Notes under the pieces: generated by a model
Seen by the model: the letters and a program-made list of their open reading frames with translations, nothing else
Told to the model about the DNA's origin: nothing
Databases searched by the model: none
Assembly: GCA_964016885.1 (NCBI GenBank)
Contig: OZ024742.1
Span: forward strand, 289,416,001-289,480,000
Source of the DNA: Eledone cirrhosa
Taxonomy: Eukaryota
Direction of reading: 5' to 3'
DNA length: 64,000 nt
Translations under genes and position numbers: made by a program
Shown here: one piece after another, positions 48,101 through 61,626 of the stretch
Position numbering within the stretch: position 1 is the stretch's first letter
Layout of the letters: every line of letters begins with the position of its first letter

Positions 48101-51100
48101 TCCTTTACCAAATAACAACCACTATATATCCTTCACCAAATAACAACCACTCTATATCCTTCACCAAACACCAACCTCTCAAAATCCTTCACCAAACACC
48201 AACCAATCAATATCCTTCACCAAACACTAGCCACTCTATGTCCTTCACCAAACACCAACCACTTAATATCCTTCACCAACCACTCAATATCCTTCACCAA
48301 ACACTCTATATGCTTCACCAGTCACCAACCACTCTATATCTTTCACCAAACACCAACCACTCAATATCCTTCACCAAACACCAACAACTCAATATCCTTC
48401 ACCAAACACCAGCCACTCTATATCCTTCACCAAACACCAACCACTCTATATCTTTCACCAAACACCAACCACTCTATATCCTTCACCAAACACCAACCAC
48501 CAACCACTCTATATCCTTCACCAAACACCAACCAGTCAATATCCTTCACCAAACACCAACCACTCAATATCCTTCACCAAACACCAACCACTCTATATCC
48601 TTCACCAAACACCAACCACTCTATATCTTTCACCAAACACCAACCACTCAATATCTTTCACCAAACACCAACCACTCAATATTACCTTCACCAAACACCA
48701 ACCACTCAATATCCTTCACCAAACACCAACCACTCTATATCCTTCACCAAACACCTACCACTTTATATACTTTACCAAACACCAACCACTCAATATCCTT
48801 CACCAAACACCAACCACTCTATATCCTTCAGCAAACACAAACCACTCAATATCCTTCACCAAACACCAACCACTCTATATCCTTCACCAAACACCAACCA
48901 ATCTATCTCCTTCACGAAACACCAACCACTCAATATCCTTCACCAAACACCAACCACTTTATATCCTGCACCAAACACCAACCACTCTATATCCTTCACC
49001 AAACACAAACCACTCTATATCCTTCATCAAACACCAACCTCTTAATATCTTTCACCAAACACCAACCACTAAATATCCTTCACCAAACACCAACCACTCT
49101 ATATCCTTCACAAAACACCAACCACTCTATATCCTTCACCAAACACCAACCACTCGATATCCTTCACCAAACACTCTATATGCTTGACCAAACACCAACC
49201 ACTCAATATCCTTCACCAAACACCAACCACTCTATATCCTTCACCAAACACCAACCACTCTATATCCTTCACCAAACACCAGCCACTCAATATCCTTCAC
49301 CAAACACTCTATATGCTTCACCAAAGACCAACCACTCTATATCCTTCACCAAACACCAACCACTCTATATCATGCACCAAACACCAACCACTCAATACGC
49401 TTCACCAAACACCAACCACTCTATATCCTTCACCAAACACCAACCACTTTATATCTTTCACCAAACACCAACCACTCTATATACTTCACCAAACAACAAC
49501 CACTCTATATCCTTCACCAAACACCAACCACTCTATATCTTTCACCAAACGCCAACCACTCTATATCCTTCACCAAACCTCAACCACTCTATATCCTTCA
49601 CGAAACATCAACCACTCAATATCCTTCACCAAACACCAACCACTCAATATCTTTCACCAAACACTTTATATCCTGCACCAAACACCAACCACTCAATATC
49701 CTTTACAAAATAACAACCACTCTATATCCTTTACCAAACAACAACCACTCCATATCCTTCACCAAATAACAACCAATCTATATCCTTCACCAAATACCAA
49801 CTACTCAATATCCTTCACCAAACACCAACCACTCAATAACTTTCACCAAACACCAACCACTAAATATCCTTCACCAAACACCAACCACTCAATATCCTTC
49901 ACCAAACACAAACCAATCAATATTCTTTACCAAATAACAACCACTATATATCCTTCACCAAATAACAACCACTCTATATCCTTCACCAAACACCAACCTC
50001 TCAATATCCTTCACCAAACACCAACCACTCAATATCCTTCACCAAATACTAACCACTCTATGTCCTTCACCAAACACCAACCACTTAATATCCTTCACCA
50101 ACCACTCAATATCCTTCACCAAACACTCTATATGCTTCACCAATCACCAACCACTCTATATCCTTCACCAAACACCAACCACTCTATATCCTTCACCAAA
50201 CACTAACCACTCTCTATCCTTCACCAAACAACAACCACTCTATATCCTTCACCAAACACCAACCACTCTATATCCTTCACCAAACACCAACTACTCAATA
50301 TCCTTCACCAAACACCAACCACTCTATATCCTTCACCAAACACCAACCACTCTATATCTTTCACCAAACACGAACCACTCTATATCCTTCACCAAACACC
50401 AACCACTCTATATACTTCACCAAACAGCAGCCACTCTATAACCTTCACTAAACATCAACCACTCTATATCCTTCACCAAACACCAAACACTCAATATACT
50501 TTACCAAACACCAACCACTCAATATCCTTCACCAAACACCAACCACTCAATATCCTTCACCAAACACCAACCACTCTATATCCTTCACCAAACACCTACC
50601 ACTCTATATACTTTACCAAACACCAACTACTCAATATCCTTCACCAAACACCAACCAATCTATATCCTTCACCAAACACCAACCACTCTATATCTTTCAC
50701 CAAACACGAACCACTCTATATCCTTCACCAAACACCAACCACTCTATATACTTCACCAAACAGCAGCCACTCTATAACCTTCACTAAACATCAACCACTG
50801 TATATCCTTCAGCAAACACAAACCACTCAATATCCTTCACCAAACACCAACCACTCTATATCCTTCACCAAACACCAACCAATCTATCTCCTTCACGAAA
50901 CACCAATCACTCAATATCCTTCACCAAACACCAACCACTTTATATCCTGCACCAAACACCAACCACTCTATATCCTTCACTAAACAACAACCACTTAATA
51001 TCCTTCACCAAATAACAACCAATTTATATCCTTCACCAAATACCAACTACTCAATATCCTTCACCAAATTCAACCACTTAATATCCTGCACCAAACACCA

Positions 51101-53073
51101 ACCACTCAATATCTTTCACCAAACACAAACCACTCTATATCCTTCACCAAACACCAACCTCTTAATATCTTTCACCAAACACCAACCACTAAATATCCTT
51201 CACCAAACACCAACCACTCTATATCCTTCACCAAACACCAACCACTCTATATCCTTCGCCAAACACCAACCACTCAATATCCTTCACCAAACACTCTATA
51301 TGCTTCACCAAACACCAACCACTCAATATCCTTCACCAAACACCAACCACTCTATATCCTTCACCAAACACCAACCACTCTATATCCTTCACCAAACACC
51401 AACCACTCAATATCCTTCACCAAACACTCTATATGCTTCACCAAACACCAACCACTCTATATCCTTCACCAAACACCAACCACTCTATATCCTTCCCCAA
51501 ACACCAACCACTCAATATCCTTCACCAAACACTCTATATCCTTCACCAAACACCAACCACTCCATATCCTTCACCAAACACCAACCACTATATATCCTTC
51601 ACCAAACACCAACCACTCAATATCCTTCACCAAACACCAACCACACAATACGCTTAACCAAACACCAACCACTCTATATCCTTCACCAAACACCAACCAC
51701 TCTATATCTTTCACCAAACACCAACCACTCTATATCTTTCACCAAACACCAACCACTCTATATACTTCACCAAACAACAACCACTCTATATCCTTCACCA
51801 AACACCAACCACTCTATATCCTTCACCAAACGCCAACCACTCTATATCCTTCACCAAACATCAACCACTCTATATCCTTCACCAAACACCAACCACTCAA
51901 TATCTTTTACCAAAAATCTTTATATCCTGCACCAAACACCAACCACTCAATATCCTTTACAAAATAACAACCACTCAATATCCTTCACCAAACTCCAACC
52001 ACTCAATATCCTTCACCAAATAACAACAAATCTATATCCTTCACCAAATACCATCTACTCAATATCCTTCACCAAACACCAACCACTCAATATCTTTCAC
52101 CAAACACCAACCACTAAATATCCTTCACCAAATAACAACCACTATATATCCTTCACCAAATAACAACCACTCTATATCCTTCACCAAACACCAACCTCTC
52201 AAAATCCTTCACCAAACACCAACCAATCAATATCCTTCACCAAACACTAACCACTCTATGTCCTTCACCAAACACCAACCACTTAATATCCTTCACCAAC
52301 CACTCAATATCCTTCACCAAACACTCTATATGCTTCACCAGTCACCAACCACTCTATATCTTTCACCAAACACCAACCACTCAATATCCTTCACCAAACA
52401 CCAACCACTCAATATCCTTCACCAAACACTCTATATGCTTCACCAATCACCAACCACTCTATATCCTTCACCAAACACTAACCACTCTCTATCCTTCACC
52501 AAACAACAACCACTCTATATCCTTCACCAAACACCAACCACTCTATATCCTTCACCAAACACCAACTACTCAATATCCTTCACCAAACACCAACCACTCT
52601 ATATCCTTCACCAAACACCAACCACTCTATATCTTTCACCAAACACGAACCACTCTATATCCTTCACCAAACACCAACCACTCTATATACTTCACCAAAC
52701 AGCAGCCACTCTATAACCTTCACTAAACATCAACCACTCTATATCCTTCACCAAACACCAAACACTCAATATACTTTACCAAACACCAACCACTCAATAT
52801 CCTTCACCAAACACCAACCACTCAATATCCTTCACCAAACACCAACCACTCTATATCCTTCACCAAACACCTACCACTCTATATACTTTACCAAACACCA
52901 ACTACTCAATATCCTTCACCAAACACCAACCAATCTATATCCTTCACCAAACACCAACCACTCTATATCTTTCACCAAACACGAACCACTCTATATCCTT
53001 CACCAAACACCAACCACTCTATATACTTCACCAAACAGCAGCCACTCTATAACCTTCACTAAACATCAACCAC
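45140..53073. repeat. Copy of ~29310-37240 at offset 15831-15832
   Basis: Landmarks 30173/46004, 30721/46552, 31470/47301, 32407/48238 and 36427/52258. Only a few differences seen, near 45488, 47449 and 50981, plus a 1-nt A-run difference near 30073. Confidence 0.9.
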
Positions 53074-56000
53074 TGTATATCCTTCAGCAAACACAAACCA
53101 CTCAATATCCTTCACCAAACACCAACCAATCTATCTCCTTCACGAAACACCAATCACTCAATATCCTTCACCAAACACCAACCACTTTATATCCTGCACC
53201 AACCACCAACCACTCTATATCCTTCACCAAACAACAACCACTTAATATCCTTCACCAAATAACAACCAATTTATATCCTTCACCAAATACCAACTACTCA
53301 ATATCCTTCACCAAATTCAACCACTTAATATCCTGCACCAAACACCAACCACTCAATATCTTTCACCAAACACAAACCACTCTATATCCTTCACCAAACA
53401 CCAACCTCTTAATATCTTTCACCAAACACCAACCACTAAATATCCTTCACTAAACACCAACCACTCTATATCCTTCACCAAACACCAACCACTCTATATC
53501 CTTCGCCAAACACCAACCACTCAATATCCTTCACCAAACACTCTATATGCTTCACCAAACACCAACCACTCAATATCCTTCACCAAACACCAACCACTCT
53601 ATATCCTTCACCAAACACCAACCACTCTATATCCTTCACCAAACACCTACCACTCAATATCCTTCACCAAACATTCTATATGCTTCACCAAACACCAACC
53701 ACTCTATATCCTTCACCAAACACCAACCACTATATATCCTTCACCAAACACCAACCACTCAATATCCTTCACCAAACACCAACCACTCTATATCCTTCAC
53801 CAAACACCAACCACTCTATATCCTTCACCAAACACCAACCACTCAATATCTTTCACCAAACACTCTATATGCTTCACCAAACACCAACCACTCTATATCC
53901 TTCACCAAACACCAACCACTCTATATCCTTCCCCAAACACCAACCACTCAATATCCTTCACCAAACACTCTATATCCTTCACCAAACACCAACCACTCCA
54001 TATCCTTCACCAAACACCAACCACTATATATCCTTCACCAAACACCAACCACTCAATATCCTTCACCAAACACCAACCACACAATACGCTTAACCAAACA
54101 CCAACCACTCTATATCTTTCACCAAACACCAACCACTCTATATCTTTCACCAAACACCAACCACTCTATATACTTCACCAAACAACAACCACTCTATATC
54201 CTTCATCAAACACCAACCACTCTATATCCTTCACCAAACGCCAACCACTCTATATCCTTCACCAAACATCAACCACTCTATATCCTTCACCAAACACCAA
54301 CCACTCAATATCTTTTACCAAAAATCTTTATATCCTGCACCAAACACCAACCACTCAATATCCTTTACAAAATAACAACCACTCAATATCCTTCACCAAA
54401 CTCCAACCACTCAATATCCTTCACCAAATAACAACAAATCTATATCCTTCACCAAATACCATCTACTCAATATCCTTCACCAAACACCAACCACTCAATA
54501 TCTTTCACCAAACACCAACCACTAAATATCCTTCACCAAATAACAACCACTATATATCCTTCACCAAATAACAACCACTCTATATCCTTCACCAAACACC
54601 AACCTCTCAAAATCCTTCACCAAACACCAACCAATCAATATCCTTCACCAAACACTAACCTCTCTATGTCCTTCACCAAACACCAACCACTTAATATCCT
54701 TCACCAACCACTCAATATCCTTCACCAAACACTCTATATGCTTCACCAGTCACCAACCACTCTATATCTTTCACCAAACACCAACCACTCAATATCCTTC
54801 ACCAAACACCAACCACTCAATATCCTTCACCAAACACCAGCCACTCTATATCCTTCACCAATCACCAACCACTCTATATCCTTCACCAAACACCAACCAC
54901 CAACCACTCTATATCCTTCACCAAACACCAACCAGTCAATATCCTTCACCAAACACCAACCACTCAATATCCTTCACCAAACATCAACCACTCTATATCC
55001 TTCACCAAACACCAACCACTCTATATCCTTCACCAAACACCAACCACTCAATATCTTTCACCAAACACCAACCACTCAATATCCTTCACCAAACACCAAC
55101 CACTCAATATCCTTCACCAAACACCAACCACTCTATATCCTTCACCAAACACCTACCACTCTATATACTTTACCAAACACCAACTACTCAATATCCTTCA
55201 CCAAACACCAACCACTCTATATACTTCACCAAACAGCAGCCACTCTATAACCTTCACCAAACATCAACCACTCTATATCCTTCAGCAAACACAAACCACT
55301 CAATATCCTTAACCAAACACCAATCACTCTATATCCTTCACCAAACACTAACCAATCTATCTCCTTCACGAACACCAACCACTCAATATCCTTCACCAAA
55401 CAACAACCACTTAATATCCTTCACCAAACACAAACCACTCTATATCCTTCACCAAACACCAACCTCTTAATATCTTTCACCAAACACCAACCACTAAATA
55501 TCCTTCACCAAACACCAACCACTCAATATCCTTCACCAAATTCAACCACTTAATATCCTTCACCAAACACCAACCACTCAATATCTTTCACCAAACACAA
55601 ACCACTCTATATCCTTCACCAAACACCAACCTCTTAATATCTTTCACCAAACACCAACCACTAAATATCCTTCACCAAACACCAACCACTCTATATCCTT
55701 CACCAAACACCAACCACTCTATATCCTTCACCAAACACCAACCACTAAATATCCTTCACCAAACACCAACCACTCAATATCCTTCACCAAACACTCTATA
55801 TGCTTCACCAAACACCAACCACTCTATATACTTCACCAAACAACAACCACTCTATATCTTTCACCAAACGCCAACCACTCTATATCCTTCACCAAACATC
55901 AACCACTCTATATCCTTCACCAAACATCAACCACTCTATATCCTTCACCAAACATCAACCACTCTATATCCTTCACCAAACATCAACCACTCTATACCCT

Positions 56001-59000
56001 TCACCAAACACCAACCAATCTATCTACTTCACCAAACACCAACAACTCAATATCTTTCACCAAACACTTTATATCCTGCACCAAACACCAACCACTCAAT
56101 ATCCTTTACAAAATAACAACCACTCTATATCCTTCACCAAACAACAACCACTCCATATCCTTCACCAAATAACAACCAATCTATATCCTTCACCAAATAC
56201 CAACTACTCAATATCCTTCACTAAACACCAACCACTCAATAACTTTCACCAAACACCAACCACTAAATATCCTTCACCAAACACTAACCACTCTCTATCC
56301 TTCACTAAACACCAACCACCAACCACTCAATAACTTTCACCAAACACTAACCACTCTCTATCCTTCACCAAACACCAACCACTCTATATCTTTCACCAAA
56401 CACCAACCACTCAATATCTTTCACCAAACACCAACCAGTCAATATCCTTCACCAAACACCAACCACTCAATATCCTTCACCAAACACAAACCAGTCAATA
56501 TCCTTCACCAAACACCAAACACTCTATATGCTTCACCAATCACCAACCACTCTATATCCTTCACCAAACACCAACCACTCTATATCCTTCACCAAATACC
56601 AACTACTCAATATCCTTCACTAAACACCAACCACTCTATATCTTTCACCAAACACCAACCACTCAATATCTCTCACCAAACACCAACCACTAAATATCCT
56701 TCACCAAACACCAACCTCTCAATATCCTTCACCAAACACCAACCAATCAATATCCTTCACCAAACACTAACCACTCTATGTCCTTCACCAAACACCAACC
56801 ACTTAATATCCTTCACCAAACACCAACCACTTAATATCCTTCACCAACCACTCAATATCCTTCACCAAACACTCTATATGCTTCACCAATCACCAACCAC
56901 TCTATATCCTTCACCAAACACCAACCACTCTATATCCTTCACCAAATACCAACTACTCAATATCCTTCACTAAACACCAACCACTCTATATCTTTCACCA
57001 AACACCAACCACTCTTTATCCTTCACCAAACACCAACCACCAACCACTCTATATCCTTCACCAAACACCAACCAGTCAATATCCTTCACCAAACACCAAC
57101 CACTCAATATCCTTCACCAAACACCAACCACTCTATATCCTTCACCAAACACCAACCACTCTATATCTTTCACCAAACACCAACCACTCAATATCTTTCA
57201 CCAAACACCAAAGACTCAATATTCTTCACCAAACACCAACCATTAAATATCCTTCACCAAACACCAACCACTCTATATCCTTCACCAAACACCTACCACT
57301 CTATATACTTTACCAAACACCAACTACTCAATATCCTTCACCAAACACCAACCACTCTATATACTTCAACAAACAGCAGCCACTCTATAACCTTCACCAA
57401 ACATCAACCACTCTATATTCTTCAGCAAACACAAACCACTCAATATCCTTCACCAAACACCAACCACTCTATATCCTTCACCAAACACCAACCAATCTAT
57501 CTCTTTCACGAAACACCAACCACTCAATATCCTTCACCAAACACCAACCACTTTATATCCTGCACCAAACACCAACCACTCTATATCCTTCACCAAACAA
57601 CAACCACTTAATATCCTTCACCAAACACCAACGACTAAATATCCTTCACCAAACACCAACCACTCAATATCCTTCACCAAATTCAACCACTTAATATCCT
57701 TCACCAAACACCAACCACTCAATATCTTTCACCAAACACAAACCACTCTATATCCTTCACCAAACACCAACCTCTTAATATCTTTCACCAAACACCAACC
57801 ACTAAATATCCTTCACCAAACACCAACCACTCTATATCCTTCACCAAACACCAACCACTCTATATCCTTCACCAAACACCAACCACTCAATATCCTTCAC
57901 CAAACACTCTATATGCTTCACCAAACACCAACCACTCAATATCCTTCACCAAACACCAACCACTCTATATCCTTCACCAAACACCAACCACTCTATATCC
58001 TTCACCAAACACCAACCACTCTATATCCTTCACCAAACACCAACCACTCAATATCCTTCACCAAACACTCTATATGCTTCACCAAACACCAACCACTCTA
58101 TATCCTTCACCAAACACCAACCACTCTATATCCTTCACCAAACACCAACCACTCAATATCTTTCACCAAACATCAACCACTCTACATCCTTTACCAAACA
58201 TCAACCACTCTATACCCTTCACCAAATACCAACCAATCTATCTCCTTCACCAAACACCAACCACTCAATATCCTTCACCAAACACCAACCACTTTATATC
58301 CTTCACCAAACAACAACCACTCAATATCCTTCACCAAACACCAACCAATTTATCTCCTTCACCAAATACCAACTACTCAATATCCTTCACCAAACACCAA
58401 CCACTCAATATCTTTCACCAAACACCCTAAATATCCTTCACCAAACACCAACCACTCAATATCCTTCACCAAATTCAACCACTCTATATCTTTCACCAAA
58501 CACCAACCACGCAATATCCTTCACTAAACACAAACCACTCAATATCCTTTACCAAATAACAACCACTCTATATCCTTCACCAAACACCAACCTCTCAATA
58601 TCCTTCACAAAACACCAACCACTCAATATCCTTCACCAAACACTAACCACTCTATGTCCTTCACCAAACACCAACCACTTAATATCCTTCACCAACCACT
58701 CAATATCCTACACCAAATACCAACCACTCTATATCCTTCACCAAACACCAACCACTCAATATCCTTCACCAAACACAACCACTTAATATCCTTCACCAAA
58801 TACCAACCACTTTATATCCTTCACCAAACACCAACCACTCAATATCTTTCACCAAACACAAACCACTCTATATCCTTCACCAAACACTAACTAATGTATA
58901 TCCTTCACCAAACACCAACCACTAAATATCCTTCACCAAACCCCAACCACTCAATATCCTTCACCAAACACCAATCACTCAATATCCTTCACCAAACACC

Positions 59001-60732
59001 AACCATTCAATATCCTTCACAATACAACAACCACTCAATATCCTTCACCAAACAACAACCACTCAATATCCTTCACCAAATACCAATCACTCAATATCCT
59101 TCACCAAACACCAACCATTCAATATCCTTCACCAAACACCAACCATTCAATATCCTTCACCAAACACCTACCACTCAATATCCTTCACCAAACACCAACC
59201 ACTCTATATCCTTCACCAAACACCAACCACTCTATATCCTTCACCAACCTCTCTATATCCTTCACCAAACACTAACCACTCAATATCCTTCACGAAACAC
59301 CAACCACTCTATATCCTTCACCAAACACCAACCACTCTATACCCTTCACCAAACACCAAACACTCAATATCCTTCACCAAACACCAATCAATCTATATCA
59401 TTCGACAAACACTCTATATCTTTCATCAAACACCAACCACTTAATATCCTTCACCAAACACCAACCACTCAATATCCTTCACCAAACACCAACCACTCTA
59501 TATCCTTCACAAATCACCAACCTCTCAATATCCTTCACCAAACACCAACCACTCTATATCCTTCACCAAATACCAACCACTCAATATCCTTCACCAAACA
59601 CCAATCAATCTATATCATTCACCAAACACTCTATATCTTTCATCAAACACCAACCACTTAATATCCTTCACCAAACACCAACCACTCAATATCCTTCACC
59701 AAACACCAACCACTCAATATCATTCACCAAACACGAACCACTCAATATCTTTCACCAAACACCAACCTCTCTATATCCTTCACCAAATACCAACCACTCA
59801 ATATCCTTCACCAAACACCAACCACTCAATATCTTTCACCAAACACGAACCACTCTATATCTTTCACCAAACACGAACCACTCTAAATCCTTCACCAAAC
59901 ACGAACCACTCAATATCCTTCACCAAACACCAACCACTCAATATCCTTCACCAAACACCTACCACTCAATATCCTTCACCAAACACCAACCACTCTATAT
60001 CCTTCACCAAACACCAACCACTCTATATCCTTCACCAACCACTCTAAATCCTTCACCAAACACCAACCTCTCTATATCCTTCACCAAATACCAACCACTC
60101 AATATCCTTCACCAAACACCAACCACTCAATATCTTTCACCAAACACCAACCACTCTATATCTTTCACCAAACACGAACCACTCTAAATCCTTCACCAAA
60201 CACGAACCACTCAATATCCTTCACCAAACACCAACCACTCAATATCCTTCACCAAACACCTACCACTCAATATCCTTCACCAAACACCAACCACTCTATA
60301 TCCTTCACCAAACACCAACCACTCTATATCCTTCACCAACCACTCTAAATCCTTCACCAAACACCAACCACTCTATATACTTTACCAAATACCAACCACT
60401 CAATATCCTTCACCAAACACGAACCACTCAATATCCTTCACCAAATACCAACCACTCTAAATCTGTCACCAAACACCAACCACTCAATATCCTTCACCAA
60501 ACACGAACCACTCAATATCCTTTACCAAATACCAACCACTCAATATCCTTCACCAAACACCAACCACTCTAAATCCTTCACCAAACACGAACCACTCTAA
60601 ATCCTTCACCAACACCAACCACTCAATATCCTTCACCAAACACGAACCACTCTAAATCCTTCACCAACACCAACCACTCAATATCCTTCACCAAATACCA
60701 ACCACTCAATATCCTTACTTAATATAACTTAC

Positions 60733-60806
60733 TTCTCTTCCTCTTCTTCTATTTTCACTTCAGTGCTTAACTGTTTCTCGTGTAACAACTTTAGTCTGTT
60801 TCTTTC
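60733..60806 (-). CDS. Coding exon C (74 nt, phase 0 to 2) of an unidentified coiled-coil-like protein: ERNRLKLLHEKQLSTEVKIEEEEE(K/N)
   Basis: Minus strand reads TTTTATTGACATCTTTCATTGTAG | GAAAGAAAC...GAAGAGAA | GTAAGT. Only the phase-0 frame is open and it matches the phase of exon B. If unspliced it reads K then TAA, so it could instead be a terminal exon. Confidence 0.8.
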
Positions 60807-60847
60807 CTACAATGAAAGATGTCAATAAAATTATTTCTCAGCGAAAA

Positions 60848-61600
60848 CATCATCATTGTCATCATTTATCCATGTTTCCATGCCTGCATGGGTTGAACAA
60901 GTCATTTCCAAAATTGTGTTTTGTCACTTATTTCATTTCTTTGTCATATCTTCTGTGAGGTTCAGTATCCTGAAATCAGTTTTCACCACTCCTAGCCATA
61001 TCTTCCTCGGTCTTCTACTCCTGCAGCTTCCTTCCAATTGGAATTCCTAGTATTTTATAACTCAACTGTCACCAACAATATGCAGCATATGTCCATACCA
61101 GCATAATCATTTCTCTTGCATACTACGTCTGATTCCTCTTATATCTTCTCAACTCTTCTGTGCAGTGCAATGGATATGCCATTGTGCTTAGATGTGCCAA
61201 CTCCTGCCAATAAAAAACATTTTTTTTTTTTCCACCCAGTTCTTATTCTAGCTACTTAGCTTCCAGAACAACCTCATCCAGGTCACCTAAGTACTGTTGG
61301 GTCTTAAGTAACTCCCCCTTCCACTTATTAAATTTACAGATTTTTTTCACACCCCCACTTATCTCAGGTAAAATTTTATTTTAAGTGGTAGTATTCCTGT
61401 GACAATTTTTTAAATGCACATTACTAGAAAACCTATAAAATAAATAGAATGGGTTGGGGTCTCAATGGTTAAACTAAATGACTAATTTCGTTTTTTTTTT
61501 AAATCAACGGAGACAACTAGAAAAATTACTGATTTTCTCCCACCCCATCCCATTATTTGGGACTCGAGAGTAATAGAAACTATCAATTACTTGGGATCTT
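60848..61600 (-). mobile_element. Decayed 5'-truncated RTE-clade LINE, copy 1, interrupted by a MITE at 61292-61572
   Basis: Minus-strand translation gives QVIDSFYYLGDL (across the MITE), MQEK*LCWYGHM and EGSCRSRRPRKIWLGVVKTDFRILNLTEDMT, matching the post-RT/C-terminal motifs of RTE ORFs (YLG, RLRWxGHV, GRPRKTW). It ends in a (GAT)n-type tail at 60848. Confidence 0.85.
61292..61572. mobile_element. ~280-bp non-autonomous DNA transposon (MITE) with TA target duplication
   Basis: Ends TACTGTTGGGTCTTAAGTAA and, as reverse complement, TACTCTCGAGTCCCAAATAA match at 14 of 20 positions. Removing it and one TA restores the LINE frame TTC TAT TAC TTA GGT GAC (FYYLGD). Confidence 0.75.
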
Positions 61601-61626
61601 TTTAAATATGTTAAATATACGTTAAT

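Larger units (their letters stand above)
1..60716. repeat. 28-bp satellite/minisatellite array, consensus CACCAAACACCAACCACTC(T/A)ATATCCTT, ~2170 monomers, open at the left window edge
   Basis: The monomer recurs head-to-tail from base 1 to ...CAATATCCTT at 60716 with point variants and 21-/35-bp length variants. I saw no inversion or foreign insert. Copy number is length divided by 28. Confidence 0.99.
1..60732 (-). other. Probable giant intron (>=60.7 kb) made almost entirely of the 28-bp satellite; acceptor lies outside the window
   Basis: Consensus GTAAGT donor at 60732-60727, only 16 nt of non-satellite sequence before the array, and no canonical poly(A) hexamer in those 16 nt or in the monomer consensus. 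The downstream exon is not visible. Confidence 0.62.

Noticed and set aside
110-59661. Dozens of long + strand ORFs (up to 499 aa) repeating HQPLYILHQTPTTLYPSPNTNHSISFTK
   Set aside because: The G-free consensus contains no TAA, TAG or TGA, and 28 is not divisible by 3, so all three frames give the same 28-aa cycle. The 7-bp indels and TAA-creating variants are tolerated freely, showing no coding constraint.
1-60716. CRISPR array (28-bp repeats)
   Set aside because: The repeats are head-to-tail with no unique spacers, there are no cas genes, and the flanking DNA is eukaryotic.
1-60716. Telomerase-made telomere with a long repeat (C-rich strand facing the left end)
   Set aside because: The orientation fits, but kb-scale copying of private variants indicates recombination rather than templated synthesis. 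There is no TTAGGG/TTAGG, the array abuts a coding exon, and a chromosome end cannot be seen.
60725-60763. Plus-strand polypyrimidine tract ending in CAG, resembling a splice acceptor
   Set aside because: It is better explained as the complement of the GAA-rich poly-Glu end of minus-strand exon C. I found no supporting plus-strand exon chain.
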